The position numbers were made by a program, and so were the translations under genes. Source: an uncultured bacterium (GTDB taxonomy: Bacteria; Patescibacteriota; Minisyncoccia; Phycocordibacterales; GWA1-40-21). From it: a DNA stretch of 64,000 nt. Positions 9,101 through 17,411 of this stretch are shown one piece after another. Under the pieces are notes generated by a model. It made no database searches, was not told the origin of the DNA, and worked only from the letters and a program-made list of their open reading frames with translations. Positions within the stretch are counted from its first letter, which is position 1; every line of letters begins with the position of its first letter. The stretch is taken from contig CAIKXE010000004.1 of NCBI GenBank assembly GCA_903831305.1, positions 147,524 to 211,523 on the forward strand, given 5' to 3'.

Positions 9101-9120
9101 GTGGGGTGTAAAATCAAGGG

Positions 9121-9615
9121 ATGGAAAATACTAAATATGTGCGACCGAGTTGGGATGAATATTTTATGAATATTGTGCGAGCCGTTGGCGGGAGGGCTAC
9201 TTGTGATCGGGGGCGAACCGGCTGTGTGATTGTAAAAGATAAACATATTATTTCCACTGGTTATGTGGGAGCACCGGCTGGTTGTAAAAGCTGTGATGAG
9301 GTTGATCACGAATTAAACACGGTCATTCAGGAAGATGGTACCCAAACAAAACATTGTGTGCGGACTACTCACAATGAACAAAACGCGCTTGTTCAAGCTG
9401 CTCGTTTTGGTGTCAGTACTGATGGTGGAACTTTGTATTGTATGATGACACCGTGTTATACCTGTGCCAAATTGCTGATTAATGCGGGCATTAAAAGAGT
9501 AGTTGCGGAAAAAGATTATCATGCGGGGACTAGGAGTAAGGCAATATTTGCTGAAGCGGGTGTTCAGTATGAATTATTAAATGCCGAGGTGGTGTCTTAT
9601 TCTAATATGAAATAA
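9121..9615 (+). CDS. dCMP deaminase (cytidine/deoxycytidylate deaminase family, ComEB-like)
   Basis: Zinc-binding motifs H-N-E-Q-N-A (HNEQNAL) and PCYTCAKLLINAGIKRVV. Confidence 0.8.
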   Translation: MENTKYVRPSWDEYFMNIVRAVGGRATCDRGRTGCVIVKDKHIISTGYVGAPAGCKSCDEVDHELNTVIQEDGTQTKHCVRTTHNEQNALVQAARFGVSTDGGTLYCMMTPCYTCAKLLINAGIKRVVAEKDYHAGTRSKAIFAEAGVQYELLNAEVVSYSNMK

Positions 9616-9616
9616 T

Positions 9617-10171
9617 ATGGCTGAATTAATTTTAGGTTTAACCGGTCCGATCTCTTGTGGTAAAGGTACAGTTAAAAAATATATAGTAGAAAAATACAAA
9701 GCGGAGGATTGTCGTTTTTCTACGATTCTAAGGGATGTGTTAAACCGAGTGGATTTACCAACCAGCCGTGATAATTTGATAAAAGTTTCAACCGTTTTAA
9801 GACAGACTTTTGGTGAAGATTTGCTAGCCAAGGCTATTGCTAAGGATGCTTCCGGTTTAAATTCTAAGGTCGTGGTTATAGATGGGATCAGGCGCATGAC
9901 GGATATTGGCCACCTGATTAATCTACCGCATTTTGTTTTAGTTAGCGTGGATGCTAGCCCTAAAGTCCGTCATGAGCGTTTAGTTTTAAGAAAAGAAAAT
10001 GAAGGTGATGCCCAAAAAACTTTTGAAGACTTTTTAGCGGATCATAGACGGGAGACGGAGATCACTATTCCAGAAGTGATGAGCCAAGCTAGAGAAAAGA
10101 TAAATAATGATGGGGATTTTACTGTTTTGTATAAACAAGTGGATACTATTATCAGCAAATATATAAAATAA
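9617..10171 (+). CDS. P-loop nucleoside/nucleotide kinase family protein (AAA_17/dNK/CoaE-like)
   Basis: N-terminal Walker A GLTGPISCGKGT. It lies between dCMP deaminase and tmk; specific substrate not assignable. Confidence 0.45.
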   Translation: MAELILGLTGPISCGKGTVKKYIVEKYKAEDCRFSTILRDVLNRVDLPTSRDNLIKVSTVLRQTFGEDLLAKAIAKDASGLNSKVVVIDGIRRMTDIGHLINLPHFVLVSVDASPKVRHERLVLRKENEGDAQKTFEDFLADHRRETEITIPEVMSQAREKINNDGDFTVLYKQVDTIISKYIK

Positions 10172-10172
10172 A

Positions 10173-10793
10173 ATGCCCAAAGGAAAATTTATTGTCATTG
10201 ATAGTGGCGAGGGGGCAGGCAAGACCCTACAGCTAGAAAAAGCCAAGGCTCTCTTTGGTGATTCTTTGGTTTTGACCCGGGAGCCTGGTGGGTCACCATA
10301 TGCTGAGGAAATACGCCAGATTATTTTGAAGTCCCCAAACTCGGGGCAGGCGGATGCCAAGACTTTATTTGCTTTATTTTGGGCGGCTCGGGCGGATCAT
10401 CTGAAAAATACCGTTAGACCAGCGCTCGAAGCGGGTAAAACAGTGATTACGGACCGTTTTGATTCTTCCACTTTTGCCTATCAGATAATTGCTCAGGGGG
10501 CCACAGAGCTCAAAGACTTTTTTTGGCAAATGCGGGACTTTTATTTGGGTGATTTGAAGCCAGATTTATATATTTATTTTGATATTGACCCGGTAATCGG
10601 CTTAGCTAGAAAAAATAAACAAGGTGGAGCAGAATTAAACCATTTTGAAGCTAGAGAAATTAATTTTCATAATTCTTTGCGAGCCGGTTTTAAAGAATTT
10701 ATCGGTCACGTTCCGCATACCATTATTGATGCCAGCCAGTCGGTTGAAAAAGTCTGGGCTGATTTTAGTGCTGTTTTAAAAAAGAATTTATAA
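10173..10793 (+). CDS. tmk: Thymidylate kinase
   Basis: P-loop IVIDSGEGAGKT and TDRFDSSTFAYQ (DR…AYQ) motif. Confidence 0.85.
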   Translation: MPKGKFIVIDSGEGAGKTLQLEKAKALFGDSLVLTREPGGSPYAEEIRQIILKSPNSGQADAKTLFALFWAARADHLKNTVRPALEAGKTVITDRFDSSTFAYQIIAQGATELKDFFWQMRDFYLGDLKPDLYIYFDIDPVIGLARKNKQGGAELNHFEAREINFHNSLRAGFKEFIGHVPHTIIDASQSVEKVWADFSAVLKKNL

Positions 10794-10814
10794 AGATTTT
10801 AATCAAATAAAAAG

Positions 10815-12104
10815 ATGAAAGTATTTGTTTATGATGAGTTTGGTCCTCAGGATACTGCTATGATGCAGGCCCTATATTCTAGAAGTGCTCAGAGTGTGGA
10901 GGAACACGTAAAAAAGGTTAGGGAAAGTAATTCGGGTAAATTCATGGAGCGTTTTTATGTGGGTTATGGTCATGCCAGTATTGCAGACTGTGGTAGCACC
11001 ACTATCTTTGTGGAGGGGGTGAGTATGCTGGTAGCCAAAGCCATACAAGATTGGCCACTATATTCTGGTCAGGAAACTAGTTCCCGCTATATTGATATGT
11101 CTCGGCAAGCTATCATTGACCCGGTGGGGACTAAAGACTCAAAACAAATATTAGATAGTTGGATGGAATTTTATACTAGTAGCCAAGCCGAGGTCCAAGC
11201 TCATATTGCTCAGAAATATCCTAGAAAAGAAGATGAAGATGAGGTGGTCTATTGTAAGGCCGTGACGGCTCGGGCTTTTGATACTTTGCGGGGGTTTTTA
11301 CCCGCGGGGGTCGCTACCCAGTTTAGCTGGCATACAAATTTACGCCAGGCCCATGACAAGTTGGTTTATCTGAGGCGCCATCCCTTAGCGGAGGTTCGAG
11401 AGGTGGCGGAAAAGATTTTAGCTAGTCTGAAAGAAAAATATGCTCAGAGCTTTGGCCATTTAGAAACTCCGGAGCAGGATAAATATTGGAATTTCTTAGG
11501 GAGCAAATATAATTATTATTTTAATAAAAGCGCTAAGGCATTTTTGGCTAAAACTAATATTAATAAAAAGGAAATTGCTCAGTATAATGATATTTTTTCT
11601 AAACGAGCGCTGAAAACTGGCTTGCCTCATTTCTTGACGGAGCTTGGTAATGTGACTTTTGAATTTCTCCTAGACTTTGGTTCTTTCCGTGATATTCAGC
11701 GCCATCGAAACGGCGTCTGTCGAATGCCACTTTTGACATCTAAATTTGGTTTTAATGACTGGTATTTAAACGAATTACCAGAAAGCGTCCGTAAAACGGC
11801 CGAGAAGTTGATTAAAGAACAGGTTAAGTTGATTAATAAATTAAAAACCACTCCAGAGAACAAACAGTATTATTTGGCGATGGGTTTCAATGTCACTTGT
11901 AAAGTTTCTTATGGCTTACCAGCGGCTACTTATGTCTCAGAATTACGCTCAGGCCGATTAGTACACCCAACATTAAGAAAGGTAGCTCATCAGATGAGTA
12001 GAGCTTTAATAAAAATGTTTCCAAATTTAAAGTTGCAGTCAGACTTTAGTTTGGACGATTGGAATATTAGACGGGGAATGCAAGATATTAAGGAGAAAAA
12101 ATAA
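10815..12104 (+). CDS. ThyX-like flavin-dependent thymidylate synthase, unusually long (429 aa) with the ThyX signature split between the two halves
   Basis: The sequence shows QETSSRY (aa ~88-93), resembling the ThyX substrate-binding S-x-R-Y element, and RHRNGVCRMPLLTS (aa ~296) containing the RHR triad. Operon context is dCMP deaminase, tmk, glyA and dut. Family assignment is inferred. Confidence 0.45.
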   Translation: MKVFVYDEFGPQDTAMMQALYSRSAQSVEEHVKKVRESNSGKFMERFYVGYGHASIADCGSTTIFVEGVSMLVAKAIQDWPLYSGQETSSRYIDMSRQAIIDPVGTKDSKQILDSWMEFYTSSQAEVQAHIAQKYPRKEDEDEVVYCKAVTARAFDTLRGFLPAGVATQFSWHTNLRQAHDKLVYLRRHPLAEVREVAEKILASLKEKYAQSFGHLETPEQDKYWNFLGSKYNYYFNKSAKAFLAKTNINKKEIAQYNDIFSKRALKTGLPHFLTELGNVTFEFLLDFGSFRDIQRHRNGVCRMPLLTSKFGFNDWYLNELPESVRKTAEKLIKEQVKLINKLKTTPENKQYYLAMGFNVTCKVSYGLPAATYVSELRSGRLVHPTLRKVAHQMSRALIKMFPNLKLQSDFSLDDWNIRRGMQDIKEKK

Positions 12105-12105
12105 T

Positions 12106-13314
12106 ATGAAAGACAAACAAATTGAAAAACTGATTAAGGCGGAGGAGGGGAGGCAGAAGAAAACCATTTCTTTAATCGCGTCGGAAAATTATGTCTCGGC
12201 CGATGTTTTAAAAGCCCTCGGCTCCAAGTTTACAAATAAATATTCGGAAGGCTATCCCGGGCACCGTTATTATAAGGGGCAGACTTTTACGGATCAGGTG
12301 GAGGAGCTCTGCCGTAGCCGCGCCTTGAAACTTTTTAAATTAAATTCTAAAGATTGGGCGGTGAATGTGCAAGCCCTCTCTGGCTCACCAGCAAACTTGG
12401 CGGTTTACTTGGCCCTAGTGCCTCCGGGCGGTAAGGTGATGGGGATGTCCTTGGACCATGGTGGGCACCTTACTCATGGTCACAAAGTCTCCGCTACGGG
12501 TAAAATCTGGACGCAGGTGCCGTACGGGGTAGATAAAAATACTGAAGTTATAAATTATGACGAGATAAAAAAGATTGCTGTGGCGGAAAAGCCAGATATG
12601 ATTATTGCTGGCTATACCGCTTATCCACGGACAGTGGATTTTAAAAAGTTCCGAGAGATTGCGGATGTGGTAGTCCATCCTGAGGCTGGGCGAAGGACTA
12701 TACTCATGGTGGACATGTCACATTTTGCTGGGCTAGTGGCCGGTGGGGCTTATCCGTCACCGTTTGACTATGCAGATGTGGTAACCACCACGACTCATAA
12801 AACGCTTCGCGGACCGCGTAGCGCCTTGATTTTTTCTCGTCGGGATAAAACTAAACTGAATGCCAAAGGTAATCCAGTGAGCTTTGGTGACTTGATTGAT
12901 AAAGCCGTTTTCCCCGGGTTACAAGGTGGTCCGCATATGAATCAGATTGCCGCTGTAGCTGTGACCTTAAAAGAAGCTTCTACTCCCGCTTTTAAAAAGT
13001 ATGCCAAACAGGTGGTGAAGAATGCTAAGGTGCTAGCAGAGGAATTAAAGAAGATGGGTTGGAAGATTATCTCTGGTGGTACGGATAGTCATTTGATTTT
13101 GGTGGACACTGGGAAAATCAGCGGAGCCGAGGCAAGTGATAGATTGGAGAAAGTGGGGATTATTGTAAATAAAAATACCATCCCAAACGAGCCTAGGAGC
13201 CCCATGGATCCCTCCGGTATCCGCCTTGGTACTGCCGGAGAAACCACCCGCGGGGCTAAGGAAAAGGATATGGTGAAGCTCGCTAAAAGGATTGATCAAG
13301 CTTTGAAAAAATAA
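12106..13314 (+). CDS. glyA: Serine hydroxymethyltransferase
   Basis: ENYVSADVLKALGSKFTNKYSEGYPGHRYY and the PLP-lysine region TTTTHKTLRGPR. Confidence 0.9.
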   Translation: MKDKQIEKLIKAEEGRQKKTISLIASENYVSADVLKALGSKFTNKYSEGYPGHRYYKGQTFTDQVEELCRSRALKLFKLNSKDWAVNVQALSGSPANLAVYLALVPPGGKVMGMSLDHGGHLTHGHKVSATGKIWTQVPYGVDKNTEVINYDEIKKIAVAEKPDMIIAGYTAYPRTVDFKKFREIADVVVHPEAGRRTILMVDMSHFAGLVAGGAYPSPFDYADVVTTTTHKTLRGPRSALIFSRRDKTKLNAKGNPVSFGDLIDKAVFPGLQGGPHMNQIAAVAVTLKEASTPAFKKYAKQVVKNAKVLAEELKKMGWKIISGGTDSHLILVDTGKISGAEASDRLEKVGIIVNKNTIPNEPRSPMDPSGIRLGTAGETTRGAKEKDMVKLAKRIDQALKK

Positions 13315-13736
13315 TGATTTTAAAAATTAAAAAGTTAAATAGCGAGGCGGTGATGCCCAAGTATGCCACGAGAGGTGATGCGGGGATGGATTTGTTTTGC
13401 TTGGACCGGGTGGTGGTGGCGCCAATGGCACGGGTGCAGGTCAGTACCGGACTAGCCATGGAGATACCGGAGGGTTTTGTGGGACTGATCTGGGATAAAA
13501 GTAGTTTGGCCCATAAGTTTGGGCTAAAGATTCTTGGCGGAGTGATTGATTCTGGCTACCGTGGGGAAATAAAGATCGGTATTATAAATTTAAGTACAGA
13601 GGATTATATTTTTGAAAAGGGACATAAGGTGGCGCAGATGATAATTCAGAAAAAGGAAACGCCGGAGATTGTGGAGGTGACGGATCTCTCAGTGACTGAT
13701 CGTGGTGAGTCTGGTTTTGGTAGTACAGGGAAGTAG
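13314..13736 (+). CDS. dut: dUTP diphosphatase
   Basis: ATRGDAGMDL and GVIDSGYRGEI motifs. Overlaps the glyA stop (ATGA). Confidence 0.9.
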   Translation: MILKIKKLNSEAVMPKYATRGDAGMDLFCLDRVVVAPMARVQVSTGLAMEIPEGFVGLIWDKSSLAHKFGLKILGGVIDSGYRGEIKIGIINLSTEDYIFEKGHKVAQMIIQKKETPEIVEVTDLSVTDRGESGFGSTGK

Positions 13737-13799
13737 GTTTGCTTGCCCGCCCGAAGCTTTCTTAAGCGAAGGAGGGGGAGTACGGGAAAGTAAAATAAA

Positions 13800-13846
13800 A
13801 AAGAGGGCCCCGCTGACAGTAATCTGTCGGCGGGGCCTTTAGGCTT
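13800..13846. terminator. Bidirectional GC-rich hairpin terminator between dut (+) and the NMO gene (-)
   Basis: aaaaagagggccccgctgacagtaatctgtcggcggggccttt. Confidence 0.5.
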
Positions 13847-13860
13847 GGGCTCATATCCTT

Positions 13861-14934
13861 TCAGTTATGAGCGAGTTCTATCATTAGTTCGGAGACGGGG
13901 AGGATCTTGTCCACGCGGTAGGCGTTTGTACCCACGGTGTACATGGCCGGTTCACCGGGAGCAAGGCCTATGGCCGCGCGCAAGGCGTCACAGATGCAGA
14001 AATACTTGCTGTGCTCGGGGTGATTAGGGTGCGCTTTACAGATGGTATAGTGACCCTCCTTGTCCTTGCCCAGGACATAACCCATCCGGCATTTGGGACG
14101 GCGGGTACCAGCTAGTAGCTCCAGGTAAGCAGGTGAACATTTGAGTATCCGGAAAGGGAAACCACAAGGGGAGCTACCCACCGTTATGATATCTTCCTGT
14201 CGGCACTCCACCACCGCGCGTTTGAACTCCGCGGTTGCTGAGCTCTCTTCAGTCGCCAGGAATCTGGTTCCCAGCTGAACCCCGCTCGCTCCAAGTCCAC
14301 GGAACTTCCAGATGTCGGTGTTCGTGTAGATTCCTCCGGCTACTATCACTGGGATATTGCCATTTTTAGTGGCTACTTCCAGTACTTCTGGCAGAAGTTC
14401 TTCAAGCTCGAGCTCAGACTGGCCGATGTCTTCCAGACGAGCACCCAAGTGTCCACCAGCCGCGTTTGGTCCTTCCAGGATTATGACATCCGGTTTCTGG
14501 TGACAGTACCGGAGCATGATCTTGAGACCTCTTGCACTCGAGGTGATCAGTCCAAAAGCGGTGTCCTTAAAAATCGTCCCGCGTTTGGGCACACCAGCTC
14601 CAAAGAAGATCACGGACACTTTGGCATCCAGGGCCGCTGTGACCGTTTCATCATAGCTCTCCGCGAGGATACCCATGACGTTTAGTCCTACACCGTAGCC
14701 GTCAGTCATCGCGGTCGCAATCTCTTCCTGCACGGCTTCATACGTGGTGTATGACCGTCCTTTGGTGATGGTGTAGAAGTCCTTGAGTCCAGCACTAGAT
14801 AGAACCCCTAAGCCACCATTTCTCCAAACCGCGCGCGTCAACCGCGGTCCAGATACACCGGCGCCCATACCTCCTTGGATGATGCAATACGGCCGGACAA
14901 TGTTCCCAAATCTCAATTCAGGAATGGTACCCAT
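13861..14934 (-). CDS. Nitronate monooxygenase / 2-nitropropane dioxygenase (NMO/FabK-like FMN oxidoreductase)
   Basis: N-terminal IIQGGMGAGVSGPRLTRAV and TIM-barrel FMN-binding pattern. The gene is markedly GC-rich relative to the flanks. Confidence 0.8.
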   Translation of the reverse strand: MGTIPELRFGNIVRPYCIIQGGMGAGVSGPRLTRAVWRNGGLGVLSSAGLKDFYTITKGRSYTTYEAVQEEIATAMTDGYGVGLNVMGILAESYDETVTAALDAKVSVIFFGAGVPKRGTIFKDTAFGLITSSARGLKIMLRYCHQKPDVIILEGPNAAGGHLGARLEDIGQSELELEELLPEVLEVATKNGNIPVIVAGGIYTNTDIWKFRGLGASGVQLGTRFLATEESSATAEFKRAVVECRQEDIITVGSSPCGFPFRILKCSPAYLELLAGTRRPKCRMGYVLGKDKEGHYTICKAHPNHPEHSKYFCICDALRAAIGLAPGEPAMYTVGTNAYRVDKILPVSELMIELAHN

Positions 14935-15036
14935 ATTCGTCTCCTTACTAATATTAAAGATCTACGACTCTTCCTAAATACTAACACGGTTTACCGGATT
15001 ATTCTTTTTTTGCCAGTTATATGTTAGTCTTTTAAG

Positions 15037-16497
15037 ATGGTAAAAAAGATAATTAAAAAAGTTGTAAAAAAGGCAAAAGTGATAAAGTCACCAGCTACCG
15101 CCTATGATGTGGTTATTATTGGTGGCGGGCCAGCCGGACTCATGGCCGCGTGCCAAGCTGGCGGGGCAGGGAAAAAAGTTCTGGTCTTGGAGAAGAATGA
15201 CGAGCTCGGCAAAAAGCTACTAATCTCCGGTGGTGGGCGCTGTAACTTGACCAACGCTAATCCAAATCATCGAGAGTTTGTCAGTAAATATGGTAAGAAA
15301 GGAGATTTTTTATTCAGCCCATTCTCTATTTTTGGTGTACCAGAAACTATAAAGTTTTTTAATGATTTGGGTTTGGAGACAAAGATAGAACCTGGTTTTA
15401 GAGTGTTTCCTGTGAGTGATAATTCCGCCGATGTTTTAAATATTTTGGTCAATCAGGCAAAAAAGTTAGGTGTAGAGTTTAAATTGTCTGCGGAGGTGGC
15501 TTCTCTTTCCCCCTCATTAGATAAGGTGAGTTTTGGGATGGGATCCAAAACGCAAGACTTCGAGTATTCCGTATCCGGGAAGCGAGAAGTGTACTGTTCC
15601 TGTAAGGAAGGGGCTAGGGGGCAGTTGAAAAATCAGAAAAGGATTAAGTCCGTAGTTTTACTTTCTGGTGAAGAAATCTCTGCCCATAAATTTATTTTAG
15701 CCACTGGGGGCATGTCTCACCCGGAGACCGGCTCCACCGGTGACGGTTTTAAATGGCTAAAAGAGATCGGTCATAAAGTAACTACGCCTAATCCGTCTTT
15801 GGTCCCGGTGAAAGTTTCTAATCCTTGGATTGCCGAGCTCTCTGGTATTAGCTTGGATGCTGTAGGTATTTCTGTCTGGGTTAACCAAGGTGGTTTTAAA
15901 AAAGTTTTGACTAAAAAAGGACGGATTCTTTTCACCCATGTGGGTCTGACTGGGCCGACGATTTTAAATATGAGTAAAGCGATCGGGGAGTATTTGGAAT
16001 ACCCTAATCCCGAAGACGGTCGGGCAGGCGGTGAAGTCCTCATCTCTTTGGATCTTTTCTCCGGGGTGGGTTTGGATCAGATGCATGAGATGATGCTAAA
16101 GACTTTTACGGAGCATATAAATAAGAAAATAAAAAATCTGGTTTTCCCGCAGGTACCAGGGAAAATATTTGAGTTGATTTTAAAACAGCTGGAGATTGAT
16201 CCCGAGTGGGAGATAAATGAAATCCGCCGAGAAGAGCGCTTGGCACTGATTGAGAAATTTAAAAAGTTTGAACTGACGGCCTCCGGACTGCTAGGGTTTG
16301 ATAAAGCTATCATCACGAGCGGGGGACTAGACTTAGGCGAAGTGGATTTTAAGACTATGGGTTCTAAACTTTATGATAATTTGTATTTTGCCGGGGACAT
16401 CCTGGACTTTGACCGTCCTTCTGGTGGCTTCTCTCTCCAGCTCTGCTGGACCACTGGGTATATCGCGGGAAAAAGCTCAGTAAACGGCCTAAAATAA
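15037..16497 (+). CDS. HI0933/BaiN-family FAD-dependent oxidoreductase (aminoacetone oxidase family)
   Basis: YDVVIIGGGPAGLMAA dinucleotide-binding motif after a Lys-rich N-terminal extension. C-terminal GFSLQLCWTTGYIAG is typical of the HI0933 family. Confidence 0.8.
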   Translation: MVKKIIKKVVKKAKVIKSPATAYDVVIIGGGPAGLMAACQAGGAGKKVLVLEKNDELGKKLLISGGGRCNLTNANPNHREFVSKYGKKGDFLFSPFSIFGVPETIKFFNDLGLETKIEPGFRVFPVSDNSADVLNILVNQAKKLGVEFKLSAEVASLSPSLDKVSFGMGSKTQDFEYSVSGKREVYCSCKEGARGQLKNQKRIKSVVLLSGEEISAHKFILATGGMSHPETGSTGDGFKWLKEIGHKVTTPNPSLVPVKVSNPWIAELSGISLDAVGISVWVNQGGFKKVLTKKGRILFTHVGLTGPTILNMSKAIGEYLEYPNPEDGRAGGEVLISLDLFSGVGLDQMHEMMLKTFTEHINKKIKNLVFPQVPGKIFELILKQLEIDPEWEINEIRREERLALIEKFKKFELTASGLLGFDKAIITSGGLDLGEVDFKTMGSKLYDNLYFAGDILDFDRPSGGFSLQLCWTTGYIAGKSSVNGLK

Positions 16498-16536
16498 GGC
16501 TTTATTACCACGATATTTGACAAAATCCTTAAACTA

Positions 16537-16565
16537 TTGACTTCTGTCATGTTTGGGTGTATAAT
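16537..16565 (+). promoter_or_regulatory. Near-consensus sigma70-type promoter (TTGACT-17 nt-TATAAT)
   Basis: ttgacttctgtcatgtttgggtgtataat, ~100 nt upstream of the GC-rich ORF starting at 16670. Confidence 0.5.
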
Positions 16566-16669
16566 AGTAGATAGATAGTTACAAGAAGTTAGTTGGCCGT
16601 AAATGGGCAAACGCTCGTTCGGCTGTCAGTAAGTGCGGAATGTCCATAAAATCGGAAAGGGAAGATGAT

Positions 16670-17143
16670 ATGGCTACTAAAACCGAGCTTGACTATCTCC
16701 GTCTCATTTCAGATGGAGAGGTCGTGATAGGCCCGACTGATGGTGAGAAAACTATCACCCAGGCCTTGAAAGTGGTCAGTTATGTTGATCCCAGCTTCAC
16801 GAACTACATGGATGTCAAGGGTCAGTCGACCCAGAACACCCCGGTCCAGGTCTATGAACTAGTCAGGGAAGGCACAGCTACCCAGATCTTCGAAAGTCTC
16901 GGAGTGGATCTGAACCAACTCTGTCTAACACAGAGTCAGATCATCCAGTTCATGAGAGACGGTCGCGATTGGGTCCTGTATTACGGGGATTCAGTGTCCT
17001 TCCTCTTCAAAGTGAATGACGAGCCCCTCGTCGTTTGCGTGGGCCGGGGCTCTGATGGGCTCGGGGGGTTCGTGTACCATTTATCGAAAGGCGGCGTCCT
17101 GTTAGCTAAGAGCTGGGACCGGTTCGTCGTTCCGCAACTGTGA
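16670..17143 (+). CDS. Hypothetical protein (GC-rich, compositionally foreign)
   Basis: Continuous ORF with the Shine-Dalgarno-like aaagggaag 6 nt upstream of ATG 16670; the listed ORF starts at 16640 in the same frame. No family recognised. GC-rich codon usage unlike neighbours. Confidence 0.4.
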   Translation: MATKTELDYLRLISDGEVVIGPTDGEKTITQALKVVSYVDPSFTNYMDVKGQSTQNTPVQVYELVREGTATQIFESLGVDLNQLCLTQSQIIQFMRDGRDWVLYYGDSVSFLFKVNDEPLVVCVGRGSDGLGGFVYHLSKGGVLLAKSWDRFVVPQL

Positions 17144-17411
17144 CCTCATGGTGGTAATCTCCACCAAAACGCTTTGAAGATATGCGTCTACAACTTCATC
17201 CCTCGCAGGTGCTACTCGGCACTTGCGGGGGATTTTAATTTGCCCAGTGGTCAACGTGGCAGGTTGACCACTTAGGGCTACATTGCGTAGTAGTTCCTAT
17301 ATGCAATTATAATATAACGACCGTGTCCTTATAATTGCATGTTTATATTCAAGCATAGTTAGGTAAGTGGTGTAGGTGGAAAAAAGGGCGGTGGGATGCT
17401 AGTATATACAG

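Noticed and set aside
13845-14977. Plus-strand ORFs 13845-14027, 14449-14685 and 14783-14977, and similar short ORFs inside the other GC-rich islands (19297-19525, 32623-32988)
   Set aside because: They are antisense to a well-supported gene or mutually overlapping, Arg/Pro/Gly-rich, and typical of open frames arising by chance in GC-rich DNA.
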